From an uncultured Actinomycetes bacterium (lineage in GTDB: Bacteria > Actinomycetota > UBA4738 > HRBIN12): a stretch of DNA of 64,000 nt. The position numbers were made by a program, and so were the translations under genes. Location of the stretch: assembly GCA_963728735.1 (NCBI GenBank), contig CAVSLX010000012.1:140044-204043 (forward strand). Direction: 5' to 3'. The notes under the pieces were generated by a model. It did not search any database, had not been told where the DNA came from, and worked only from the letters and a program-made list of their open reading frames with translations. Shown piece after piece: positions 52,788 to 61,470 of this stretch (the stretch's first letter is position 1; each line of letters begins with the position of its first letter).

Positions 52788-54037
52788 ACGCCGAGATGAT
52801 CGCGGCGCTCCGTGAGTTGGAGCGCGAGAAGGGCATCGCCTTCGAGACGATCCTCCATGGCCTCGAGGAGGCCATGGCCTCGGCGTACAAGGCGCACTGG
52901 AAGCAGGAGAACCCACAGGGCGATGACGAGTTCGTGGGGTTCCGCGCCGAGATCGATCCCGAAACGGGCGACCTCCGCATCTGGAAGCAAGACCTCGACG
53001 AGGTCGAGGCCGAGGATGGCGAAACGCTCGTCATGGAGGTTCGGTCCGAGGAGGAGGTCGAGGTCACCGACGACTTCAAGGGCAGGATCGGCGCGCAGAC
53101 GGCGAAACAGGTGATCTTCCAAAAGCTCCGGGACGCCGAGCGGGAGATGACCTACGAGGAGTTCGCCGGGCGAGAGGGCGACATCGTCACCGGTATCGTC
53201 CAGCAGTCCGAACGGCGCTACACGTTGCTCGACCTCGGCAAGGTCGAAGCGTTGCTGCCGCAGGCCGAGCAGGTGCCCAGCGAGCCGTATCGCAACGGCG
53301 AGCGCCTCAAGGCCTACATCACCGAGGTCCGGAAGGGCGCGAAAGGCCCCCAGATCGTCGTGTCGCGCACCCATCCCGGCTTGCTGCGGAAGCTGTTCGA
53401 GCTCGAGGTCCCCGAGATCGAGGACGGGATCGTCGAGATGAAGGCCGTCGCCCGCGAGCCGGGGCACCGCTCGAAGATCGGGGTCGTCTCGAACGAACCG
53501 GGGGTCGACCCGGTCGGGGCGTGCGTGGGGCCGAAGGGCTCGCGTGTGCGCAACGTCGTCACCGAGCTCCGCGGCGAGAAAATCGACGTCGTGCCCTGGT
53601 CACCCGACGCCGCCGAGTTCGTCGCCAATGCGCTGCAGCCGGCGAAGGTCAAACAGGTCCTCACCGACCCGGACTCCCAGACCGCGCAGGTGATCGTCCC
53701 TGACTATCAGCTCTCGCTCGCGATCGGCAAGGAGGGGCAGAACGCTCGCCTCGCCGCACGCCTGACCGGGTGGCGGATCGACATCAAGTCCGAGTCGCAG
53801 GCAGCCGAGCCCGCCCCGGCACCCGTCGAGGCGCAACCCGAGGCCGCTGCCGAGCCGGAGCCGGCGGTTGCCGAGCCCGAGTCGGTACCGGGAGGCAGTG
53901 AGCCGGCATCCGCCGAGGAGGCCGACGCGCCGGCGGCAGAGGAGACGGTCGTCGTGGCCGACGCAGCGCAGGCCGTCCCCGAGCCCGCCGTCCCCGAGCC
54001 GGCACCAGCCGTCTCGGAGGCTCCGCCCGAGGCGTGA
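52784..54037 (+). CDS. nusA: transcription termination/antitermination factor NusA
   Basis: NTD, S1 (GDIVTGIVQQSERRYTLLDLGKVEALLP), KH1/KH2 (VGACVGPKGSRVRNV..LAIGKEGQNARLAARLTGWRIDI), and an Ala/Pro/Glu-rich tail. Confidence 0.95.
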   Translation: MNAEMIAALRELEREKGIAFETILHGLEEAMASAYKAHWKQENPQGDDEFVGFRAEIDPETGDLRIWKQDLDEVEAEDGETLVMEVRSEEEVEVTDDFKGRIGAQTAKQVIFQKLRDAEREMTYEEFAGREGDIVTGIVQQSERRYTLLDLGKVEALLPQAEQVPSEPYRNGERLKAYITEVRKGAKGPQIVVSRTHPGLLRKLFELEVPEIEDGIVEMKAVAREPGHRSKIGVVSNEPGVDPVGACVGPKGSRVRNVVTELRGEKIDVVPWSPDAAEFVANALQPAKVKQVLTDPDSQTAQVIVPDYQLSLAIGKEGQNARLAARLTGWRIDIKSESQAAEPAPAPVEAQPEAAAEPEPAVAEPESVPGGSEPASAEEADAPAAEETVVVADAAQAVPEPAVPEPAPAVSEAPPEA

Positions 54038-54324
54038 GCCTGGCAGGCCGCCCTTCACCGCCCACGCGATCATGCGTCGGCTGTCGGGGACAGGCCCCGA
54101 AGCACGAGCTGCTCCGGATCGTTCGCGTCGCGGGGAGCGCCGACGTCGTCGTGGACGCGCTGGGAACGGTGCCGGGCCGAGGCGCCTACGTGCATCGCGA
54201 TCAGGCGTGCGTCGACGCCGCGCTGTCCCGCGGCGCGCTCGCGCGGGCGCTTCGAACGGGCCTCGGCCCTGACGAAGTCGGTAGGCTACGGGAACACATC
54301 GAGGGAGAGTTGGGTACGGCGTGA
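54034..54324 (+). CDS. ylxR: YlxR/DUF448 RNA-binding protein
   Basis: RSCVGCRGQAPKHELLRIV..GRGAYVHRDQACV. Sits in the nusA-infB intergenic slot. Confidence 0.8.
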   Translation: MSLAGRPSPPTRSCVGCRGQAPKHELLRIVRVAGSADVVVDALGTVPGRGAYVHRDQACVDAALSRGALARALRTGLGPDEVGRLREHIEGELGTA

Positions 54325-56456
54325 GGGTCCACGAACTGGCGAAGGAGCTGGGCGTTTCCAGCAAGGAACTGCTGGCAGCGCTCGAGCAGATGGGGGTCGG
54401 CGGCAAGTCGGCGTCCTCAAGCGTGCCCGACGACATGGTGCCCCGCTTGCGCGCATCCGGTGGGAAGGCGACGGCCGCCGCGAAGCCGCGCGAGGTCCTC
54501 GAGCCGCCCCCGAAGCCGCGCAAGCCCAAACCGAAGCCGAAACCGAAGTCCACGCCGAAAGCTGAAACGGCCTCGATCGCGAGCGGTGCGCCGGCGGCGC
54601 CGGCCGCCCCCGAGGTGCCCGTCGCTCCGGCGCCCGCGCCGGCTTCGAAGCCGTCACGGCGTACCACGGCGAAGCAGCCGGAACCGGCCGCGCCCAGCGG
54701 GCCGATCCTGCGCGTCGTACGGGGCGCGACGCCGCAGACGATCGCCGAGAAGACCGGGAGATCGCCCGCCGAGATCGTGAAGATCCTCTTCATGGCCGGT
54801 GACATGGTGACCGCCACGACATCGCTCCCCGACGAGGCGATCGGCGTCGTGGCCTCCGAGCTCGGCCACACCCCCGAGATCGTGGGGCTCGAGGACGAGG
54901 TCGAGGCCGACGAGCCGGGCGATGAGGTCGACGAGTCCGCGCTGGTGCCGCGAGCGCCGGTCGTCACGATCATGGGTCATGTCGACCACGGCAAGACCAA
55001 GCTCCTCGACACGATCCGGAGCACGAACGTGGTGGCCGGCGAGTTCGGGGGCATCACGCAGCACATCGGTGCCTATCAGGCCCATGTCGGCAACAAGGAC
55101 ATCGCGTTCATCGACACGCCCGGCCACGAGGCCTTCACCGCGATGCGCGCCCGGGGCGCCAAGGTGACCGACATCGTGGTCCTCGTCGTGGCGGCGAACG
55201 ACGGCGTCATGCCGCAGACCCTCGAGGCGCTCGACCACGCGAAGGCGGCGGGGGTACCGATCGTCGTCGCGGTCAACAAGATCGACCTCGACGAAGCCGA
55301 TCCGAACCGCGTCCGTACCCAGATGGTGGAGCACGGCATCGTGCCGTCGGAATGGGGTGGCGAGGTCGAGTTCGTCGACGTGTCGGCGAAGAACGCCGTC
55401 AACCTCGACGGCCTGCTCGACACGATCCTCGTCGTCGCCGAGCTGGAGGAGTTGAAAGGCGATCCGACCGGCAGGGCCCGTGGCACGGTGATCGAGGCGC
55501 ACCTCGACAAGGGCAGAGGCCCGGTCGCCACGGTGCTCGTCCAGAAGGGGACGCTCGAGGTCGGCGACGCGCTCGTGTCCGGCACGGCCTACGCGCGGAT
55601 CCGCGCGATGCTCGACGAGAACGGTGGGACGGTCAAGGTTGCCGGACCTTCCAAGCCGGTGCAGATCCTCGGCTGGAGCCACGTGCCGGCCTCGGGAGAG
55701 GACTTCCGCGAGGTCGCGGACGAGCGGGAGGCGCGGCACGTCGCCGAGGAACGCGAGGCTCGGGTCCGGGCGGCCGAACTGGTCGTCAGCCGCCCGCCAT
55801 CGCTCGCGGACTTCATGCGTCGCGCGGAGCAGGGCGAGATCAGCGAGCTGAACCTGGTCGTGAAGGCCGACGTGCAGGGGTCGCTGGGGGCCCTCGAGGA
55901 CTCGTTCCTCAAGCTCCCTCAGGACGAGGTGAAGGTCAACATCGTGCGGAGCGCCGTCGGTGCGATCACCGAGAGCGACGTACAGCTTGCGCAAACGTCG
56001 AACGCCATCGTGATCGGTTTCAACGTCCGTCCCGAGCCCAAGGCCCGTGAGCTCGCCGACAACGAGATGGTGGACGTCCGGCTGTACCGGGTGATCTACG
56101 ACGCGATCGACGACGTGAAGGCCGCGCTGTCGGGACTCCTCAAGCCCGAGGAGCGCGAGCGGATCCTCGGCGACGCCGAGGTGCGGCAGATGTTCCGGGT
56201 GCCGAAGCTCGGCGTGATCGCGGGATCCTACGTGCGGAGCGGCGTCATGCGCCGCAACGGCCGCGCGAGGCTCGTGCGCGACGGGATCGTGGTCTACGAG
56301 GGCCGCATCGCGTCGCTCCGTCGATTCAAGGACGACGTCACCGAGGTGCGCGACGGCTTCGAGTGCGGTATCGGCCTCGAGAACTTCCAGGACATGAAAG
56401 AGGGCGACGTGATCGAGACCTTCGAGATCGAAGAGATCGCCCGCCAGATCTCGTAG
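54321..56456 (+). CDS. infB: translation initiation factor IF-2
   Basis: MRVHELAKELGVSSKELL, Pro/Lys-rich linker, G domain GHVDHGKT..DTPGHEAF..NKID. 711 aa, uninterrupted. Confidence 0.95.
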   Translation: MRVHELAKELGVSSKELLAALEQMGVGGKSASSSVPDDMVPRLRASGGKATAAAKPREVLEPPPKPRKPKPKPKPKSTPKAETASIASGAPAAPAAPEVPVAPAPAPASKPSRRTTAKQPEPAAPSGPILRVVRGATPQTIAEKTGRSPAEIVKILFMAGDMVTATTSLPDEAIGVVASELGHTPEIVGLEDEVEADEPGDEVDESALVPRAPVVTIMGHVDHGKTKLLDTIRSTNVVAGEFGGITQHIGAYQAHVGNKDIAFIDTPGHEAFTAMRARGAKVTDIVVLVVAANDGVMPQTLEALDHAKAAGVPIVVAVNKIDLDEADPNRVRTQMVEHGIVPSEWGGEVEFVDVSAKNAVNLDGLLDTILVVAELEELKGDPTGRARGTVIEAHLDKGRGPVATVLVQKGTLEVGDALVSGTAYARIRAMLDENGGTVKVAGPSKPVQILGWSHVPASGEDFREVADEREARHVAEEREARVRAAELVVSRPPSLADFMRRAEQGEISELNLVVKADVQGSLGALEDSFLKLPQDEVKVNIVRSAVGAITESDVQLAQTSNAIVIGFNVRPEPKARELADNEMVDVRLYRVIYDAIDDVKAALSGLLKPEERERILGDAEVRQMFRVPKLGVIAGSYVRSGVMRRNGRARLVRDGIVVYEGRIASLRRFKDDVTEVRDGFECGIGLENFQDMKEGDVIETFEIEEIARQIS

Positions 56457-56464
56457 GACACCCC

Positions 56465-56761
56465 GTGCTGGTGGCGCTCGAGCGGTTCGACCTCCGGATC
56501 CCCGGCTGCCGGTCGCTCAAGGAGAAGCGCCACGTCGTGAAGACCCTGACGAACGCGCTGCGTACGCGCTTCGGTGTTTCGGTCGCCGAGGTGGAACATC
56601 ACGACCTCTGGCAACGATCGTCGATCGCCGTCGCCGCGGTCGGCGCCGAGCAACATCACCTGCGCCGCGTGCTCCACGAGGTCGAGAAGGCGGTCGACGG
56701 CTGGGTCGAGGTCGACGTGATCGACCGCGAGCTCCAGGTGCTCTGGCCGGATGACGGCTAG
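56465..56761 (+). CDS. DUF503 family protein (YlxP-like)
   Basis: VLVALERFDLRIPGCRSLKEKRHVVKTLTNALRTRFGVSVAEVEHHDLWQRSSIAVAAV. Conserved between infB and rbfA. Confidence 0.75.
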   Translation: MLVALERFDLRIPGCRSLKEKRHVVKTLTNALRTRFGVSVAEVEHHDLWQRSSIAVAAVGAEQHHLRRVLHEVEKAVDGWVEVDVIDRELQVLWPDDG

Positions 56762-56770
56762 GCTGGACGC

Positions 56771-57175
56771 ATGCCCCAAGGTGCCCGTGCCGAACGTGTC
56801 GGCGAGGAGTTCCGCGAGATCCTCGCCGAGGAGATCCAGCGACTGAAAGACCCCCGGATCGGTTTCGTGACGGTCACCGGGGTGTCCGTGAGCCCAGACC
56901 TCCGGCACGCGCGTGTCTTCTACACGGCGCTCGGCGATGGGAAGGCCCGTGCCGCTTCCCGCGCCGCCCTTCGATCGGCGACCTCCTACCTCCGGCGCAC
57001 GCTCGGCGCGCAGGTCCGCCTGAAGCTCATCCCCGAGCTCGCCTTCGAGGAGGATCCGTCGATCGCGATCGGCGAGCGGGTCGACCTGATCCTGGCTGAT
57101 CTGGGGGCTGATCTCGGGGCTGATCTGGGGGCTGATCTCGGCCCTGCCCTCGGGCCGGAGGGTGACGAACCATGA
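56771..57175 (+). CDS. rbfA: ribosome-binding factor A with (ADLG)x4 C-terminal repeat
   Basis: RAERVGEEFREILAEEIQRLKDPRIGFVTVTGVSVSPDLRHARVFY..LKLIPELAFEED. Confidence 0.85.
   Translation: MPQGARAERVGEEFREILAEEIQRLKDPRIGFVTVTGVSVSPDLRHARVFYTALGDGKARAASRAALRSATSYLRRTLGAQVRLKLIPELAFEEDPSIAIGERVDLILADLGADLGADLGADLGPALGPEGDEP
57095..57142 (+). repeat. 12-bp tandem repeat GCTGATCT(G/C)GGG x4 inside the rbfA 3' end
   Basis: Counted directly. Encodes ADLGADLGADLGADLG. Confidence 0.8.
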
Positions 57176-58164
57176 GAACCGAGCCGACGACCGTCGAACT
57201 CGAGCGGGCAGCAGGGGTGCTTCGCGACGCGAGCGACGTGGCGCTCGCCTGTCACGTGAATCCCGACGCCGACGCGCTCGGATCGATGCTCGGGCTCGCG
57301 GCGTTTTTGCGCGAACGCGGAACGGCGACGACGTGCTCCTTCCCGAACGAGCCGCTCGAGCTTCCGAGGTGGGCGTCGTTGCTGCCGGGCGTCGAGCACC
57401 TCGTCGAGGCGAAGGACTTCCCCCTTGCTCCCGACGTGATGGTGACGTGCGACTGCGCCTCGTTCGATCGGCTCGTCCGGCTCGGCGAGCCGGCCCTGAA
57501 GGCGCGTGAGCTGATCTGGATCGACCATCATCGCTCGAACGACGGCTACGGGACGATCCGCATCGTCGACCCCGATGTCTCATCGACCTGCGAGCTCGTC
57601 TTCCGATTGCTCGAGACGATCGGTGGTGAGATCCCGACCGCGTCGGCGATCTGCCTGTACGCGGGACTCGTGACCGACACGGGGCGCTTCCAGTACGAGG
57701 CCACGACGGCCGCGACCTTGCGCGTCGGGGCTGCGCTGCGCGAGCACGATTTCGATCACGCGGGGCTCGTGCAGGCGCTGTACGAGGACAACGGTCGCGC
57801 CTACCTCGCCCTCGTCGGCATCGCGCTCGGTCGGTTGGCGTTCGTGCCCGGCGCCGACCTGATCTGGACCTATCTCACGCAGGCCGACCTCACGGCCGCG
57901 GGGGTGCATCCTTCGGAGACCGACGATCTGATCGACGTGATCCGCACGGACCGCGAGGCAGACGTCGCGGTCCTCGTGAAGCAACAGAAGGACGGACGCT
58001 TCAAGGTCAGCATGCGCTCCAGGGGCGCGCACGACCTGAGCGCGGTGGCCGCGTCGTTCGGCGGCGGCGGTCACCGGCTCGCGGCGGGCTTCACGAGCGC
58101 ACACGGGCCAGCGTCCACGATCGACCGCATCATCGCGGCCCTGGGCGAGCACCCTCGGTCGTGA
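57172..58164 (+). CDS. nrnA: DHH/DHHA1 phosphoesterase (NrnA/CnpB-type oligoribonuclease, pAp phosphatase)
   Basis: HVNPDADALGS..CDCASFDR..IDHHRSN..GLVTDTGRFQY..FGGGGHRLAAGF. Confidence 0.8.
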   Translation: MRTEPTTVELERAAGVLRDASDVALACHVNPDADALGSMLGLAAFLRERGTATTCSFPNEPLELPRWASLLPGVEHLVEAKDFPLAPDVMVTCDCASFDRLVRLGEPALKARELIWIDHHRSNDGYGTIRIVDPDVSSTCELVFRLLETIGGEIPTASAICLYAGLVTDTGRFQYEATTAATLRVGAALREHDFDHAGLVQALYEDNGRAYLALVGIALGRLAFVPGADLIWTYLTQADLTAAGVHPSETDDLIDVIRTDREADVAVLVKQQKDGRFKVSMRSRGAHDLSAVAASFGGGGHRLAAGFTSAHGPASTIDRIIAALGEHPRS

Positions 58165-59015
58165 GCGGCTCGGGTCCCGAGGGGCTCGTCCTCGTGGACA
58201 AGCCGGCCGGGATCACGTCGCACGATGCCGTGGCAGCCGTGCGTCGCGCGCTGGGGACCCGCAGGGTCGGGCACGCCGGCACGCTCGATCCCATGGCGAC
58301 CGGTCTTCTCGCGGTCGGCGTCGGAAGGGCGACCCGTCTGCTGCGCTTCCTCGGCGACCTGCCGAAGACCTATGAGGGGCGGTTCCACCTGGGGGTCGAG
58401 ACCGACACGCTCGATGCCGAGGGAAGCGTCGTCCGCGAGCAGCGGGTCGTGGCGACCACCGACGAGCTCCGTACGGCGATGCACGCGCTCGTGGGGGAGT
58501 CGATGCAGCGCCCCCCCGCCTACAGCGCCGTGAAGGTGGGCGGGCGAAAGCTGTACGAGGCGGCCAGGGCGGGACAGGAGCTCGAGGCGCCGCCTCGCCC
58601 GATCCGCGTCGAGGAATTCGAGCTTGTTCGGGTGGAGCTGCCCGACGTGTGGTTCCGGGTGGTGTGTAGCGCAGGCACGTACGTCCGCGTCCTCGCGGCC
58701 GACGTCGGACGGTCGCTCGGCTGCGGCGCCCACCTCACGAGCCTCCGTCGGACCGCGATCGGGCCGCTGGTCGTCGACCACGCTCGTCCCCCCGATGATC
58801 CGGGACAGCCGCAGCCGCTCGAGCGAGCGGTCGCGCACCTGCCTCGGGTCGTGCTCGAGCCCGACGAGGCGATCGCCGCCGGCCATGGCCGGCCGCTCGG
58901 GCCCGCAGGTATCGAGGGGCCCTATGCCGTGGTGGACCACGGCGGCACGTTGCTCGGGATCTACCGAGACGACGGGGCCAAGGCCCGTCCGGAGATGGTC
59001 CTCGCCCCCGCATGA
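58161..59015 (+). CDS. truB: tRNA pseudouridine55 synthase
   Basis: GLVLVDKPAGITSHDAV..GHAGTLDPMATGLLAVGVG..PPAYSAVKVGGRKLYE..GTYVRVLAADVG. Confidence 0.9.
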   Translation: MSGSGPEGLVLVDKPAGITSHDAVAAVRRALGTRRVGHAGTLDPMATGLLAVGVGRATRLLRFLGDLPKTYEGRFHLGVETDTLDAEGSVVREQRVVATTDELRTAMHALVGESMQRPPAYSAVKVGGRKLYEAARAGQELEAPPRPIRVEEFELVRVELPDVWFRVVCSAGTYVRVLAADVGRSLGCGAHLTSLRRTAIGPLVVDHARPPDDPGQPQPLERAVAHLPRVVLEPDEAIAAGHGRPLGPAGIEGPYAVVDHGGTLLGIYRDDGAKARPEMVLAPA

Positions 59016-59043
59016 CCGAGGTCCGAGGGGTAAGCTCCGCCCC

Positions 59044-60126
59044 GTGACCGACACGCCTCCACCGTCGAGCGCGCCCGAGGGCGCGTCGGGTCGGAGGCGG
59101 ACACCGACTTGGCGCCGCGTCGCCTCGGCCGTCGTGTCGGTCGTGATCGTCGTCGGGATCTTCGTCGTCGCGATCCCCCGGTTCGCCGACTACAGCGAGG
59201 TCTGGACCACGACGACGCAGCTGACGCCGATCGAGCTCTGGTCCCTCGTCGCCGCGACGGTGTTCAACCTGTGCAGCTATTGGCTCGCGAACATGGCGGC
59301 CCTCCCGGGACTCAGCTTCGGTCGCGCCGCGATCGTCACGCAGACGACCACCTCCGTGGCGAACACGCTGCCGGCGGGCGGGGCGATCGCGGTCGGTGTG
59401 ACCTACCAGATGCTGCGCTCGTGGGGATTCTCCAATACCGATATCGCGCTCTACGTCGCGGTCACGGGCTTATGGAACATCTTCGCGAAGCTCGCGCTCC
59501 CGATCGTCTCGGTGGTCGCGCTCGTCGTGACCGGAAGGAGCACGGGGGCCTTCTTGGTGGCCGCCGGGATCGGGATCGCCGTCTTGGTGATCGCGGTGGT
59601 CCTGCTCGCCGCCCTGTTCTCGAGCGAGCGGCTCGCCCGCCGGATCGGTGGGGCGGCAGGGCGCGCGCTGTCGTGGTTCCGAAAGGTGTTCCGCAAGCCG
59701 GCCGTGACCGATCTCGACGATCGGCTGGCGACGTTCCGCAAAGACACGATCGGGCTCGTGCGCCGGCGCTGGCTCCCGCTCACGGTCACGACGGCGGTGA
59801 GCCACCTCGCCTTGTTCTTCGTGTTGCTCCTCGCCCTCCGCCATACCGGCGTCTCGGCCGACGACGTGTCGACCGCCGAGGCATTGGCGGTGTTCGCCTT
59901 CGGTCGCCTGATCACGGCACTGCCGATCACCCCGGGCGGACTCGGGGTGATCGAGCTCGGCTACATCGGGGGGCTCCGGGCGGCGGCGGGTGAGGAGCTG
60001 GCCGCGCAGGTGGTGGCGGCGGTGTTGCTGTTCCGGGTGTTGACCTACGGGATCCAGATCCCGATCGGCGGCCTCACGTACCTCGCCTGGCGACGGACCG
60101 CGCAGCCGTCGGCCGCCTCGAGCTGA
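59044..60126 (+). CDS. UPF0104 / lysylphosphatidylglycerol-synthase-TM-like (flippase-like) membrane protein
   Basis: 8 hydrophobic segments. Characteristic C-terminal LITALPITPGGLGVIELG. GTG 59044 lies within ORF 58624..60126. Confidence 0.65.
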   Translation: MTDTPPPSSAPEGASGRRRTPTWRRVASAVVSVVIVVGIFVVAIPRFADYSEVWTTTTQLTPIELWSLVAATVFNLCSYWLANMAALPGLSFGRAAIVTQTTTSVANTLPAGGAIAVGVTYQMLRSWGFSNTDIALYVAVTGLWNIFAKLALPIVSVVALVVTGRSTGAFLVAAGIGIAVLVIAVVLLAALFSSERLARRIGGAAGRALSWFRKVFRKPAVTDLDDRLATFRKDTIGLVRRRWLPLTVTTAVSHLALFFVLLLALRHTGVSADDVSTAEALAVFAFGRLITALPITPGGLGVIELGYIGGLRAAAGEELAAQVVAAVLLFRVLTYGIQIPIGGLTYLAWRRTAQPSAASS

Positions 60127-60147
60127 GGTCGAACGCCCGGGTCACCT

Positions 60148-60876
60148 TCATCCCGCCTTCGACCCGACCTCGTCGGCGCCGGGGCTCGTGTCCTGCGCGG
60201 GCTCGACCGGCACGGCGAGGCCACGCGCTCGTGCCATGTCGAGGGCTCCCATCACCGCGGCTCCCCAGAAGATCGCGATCCCCGCGCCGAGGAACGTCCC
60301 GGCCACCACGTCGGAGAACCAATGGGCGGCCAGGTACACGCGCGAGAACGCCATGATGAACGCGAAGCCCACGGCCACCCATTCGAGTCGGCGCCGGGTC
60401 GGCCCCGCGTGCATCAGACACAGCACGAGCGAGACCGCGACGGCGGCACCGGCCACGGCATGGCCGGATGGGAACGAGAACCCGACGACGTCGACCACCC
60501 GCCCGGGGGGCCGTCCACGGTGGAAGTAGACCTTGAGGGCCGTGAGCGTGACCTCGGAGGTGAGCCACGTGAGGACGAAGGCGCTGAAGGCCACCCATCG
60601 GCGTCGCCACCCGAGCCACGAGGTGACGCCGATCCGGAGCGGGATCGTCACGAATCCGCTGCCGAGCAGGTTCAGGAGGTGGAAGACGCCGAGGGGATCC
60701 CCGCGGCGGCCGTCGAACCACGTCCAGACCCGCTGGTCGAAGTCGCCGATCGCCTCGATCGTCGCGAGCGGGGCAGACTCGGGCGGGTGCCGGCCGACCG
60801 CGAAGAGCAGGCCGACCGCCGCCACGAGCATCGCGACGGAGATCACCAGTGCGCGACGATGTCGCTCGAGGAGCAC
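60148..60876 (-). CDS. PAP2-superfamily lipid phosphatase
   Basis: All three motifs are intact: KVYFHRGRP, PSGH, SRVYLAAHWFSD. Membrane protein. Confidence 0.8.
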   Translation of the reverse strand: MLLERHRRALVISVAMLVAAVGLLFAVGRHPPESAPLATIEAIGDFDQRVWTWFDGRRGDPLGVFHLLNLLGSGFVTIPLRIGVTSWLGWRRRWVAFSAFVLTWLTSEVTLTALKVYFHRGRPPGRVVDVVGFSFPSGHAVAGAAVAVSLVLCLMHAGPTRRRLEWVAVGFAFIMAFSRVYLAAHWFSDVVAGTFLGAGIAIFWGAAVMGALDMARARGLAVPVEPAQDTSPGADEVGSKAG

Positions 60877-60897
60877 GTCGTGCGTTCCCCCGCCGGC

Positions 60898-61470
60898 CTA
60901 TCCGTCGCACGGCGGCGCCTCGGCGCCGCACAGGCTCGCGTCGACGGCGTCCTCGACGGTTCGGACCAGGACCTCGCGAGGGACGAACGACATCGCCTCG
61001 GTGACCTGCACGGCGAGGGTCGCCGGCGCGTCCGGGGCGAAGGTGTACCGGTAGATGGTGCAGCCGCCCTCGAAGACCACGTACCGGGCCCCTCGGAAGG
61101 GGTCGAGGCTCGTCAGCTGCTGGTGCACCGTGGCGCCGGCCTCATCGCCCGCCGGCGGCACGCGCGGGGCGTCGCCCGGCGAACACGTTCCAGCGAAGAC
61201 GACCTCAACGGCCGGCGCTCCCGCGACGTCGGAGGAGAGCCAGAACCGCGCGGAATCTCGCTCCACGAGGCTGCCATCGTAGCGCCAGCCGAGCGGAAGC
61301 CCGGCGATGCACGGGACCCGTGTCGCCTGCGGCACCGCCTGCGCCATGAGGATCAGGATCGGTTCAGGGTCATCTCGACATTCCGGGGGCAGCGACGAGC
61401 TCGACTTGCAAGCGGGCACCGCGGCGATCACGACGAGACACAGCAGCAGCGATCGAACGTGCCGGGTCAT
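60898..61470 (-). CDS. lipoprotein of unknown function
   Basis: MTRHVRSLLLCLVVIAAVPAC lipobox. 6 further Cys residues. ATGA overlap with the upstream gene. Confidence 0.55.
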   Translation of the reverse strand: MTRHVRSLLLCLVVIAAVPACKSSSSLPPECRDDPEPILILMAQAVPQATRVPCIAGLPLGWRYDGSLVERDSARFWLSSDVAGAPAVEVVFAGTCSPGDAPRVPPAGDEAGATVHQQLTSLDPFRGARYVVFEGGCTIYRYTFAPDAPATLAVQVTEAMSFVPREVLVRTVEDAVDASLCGAEAPPCDG

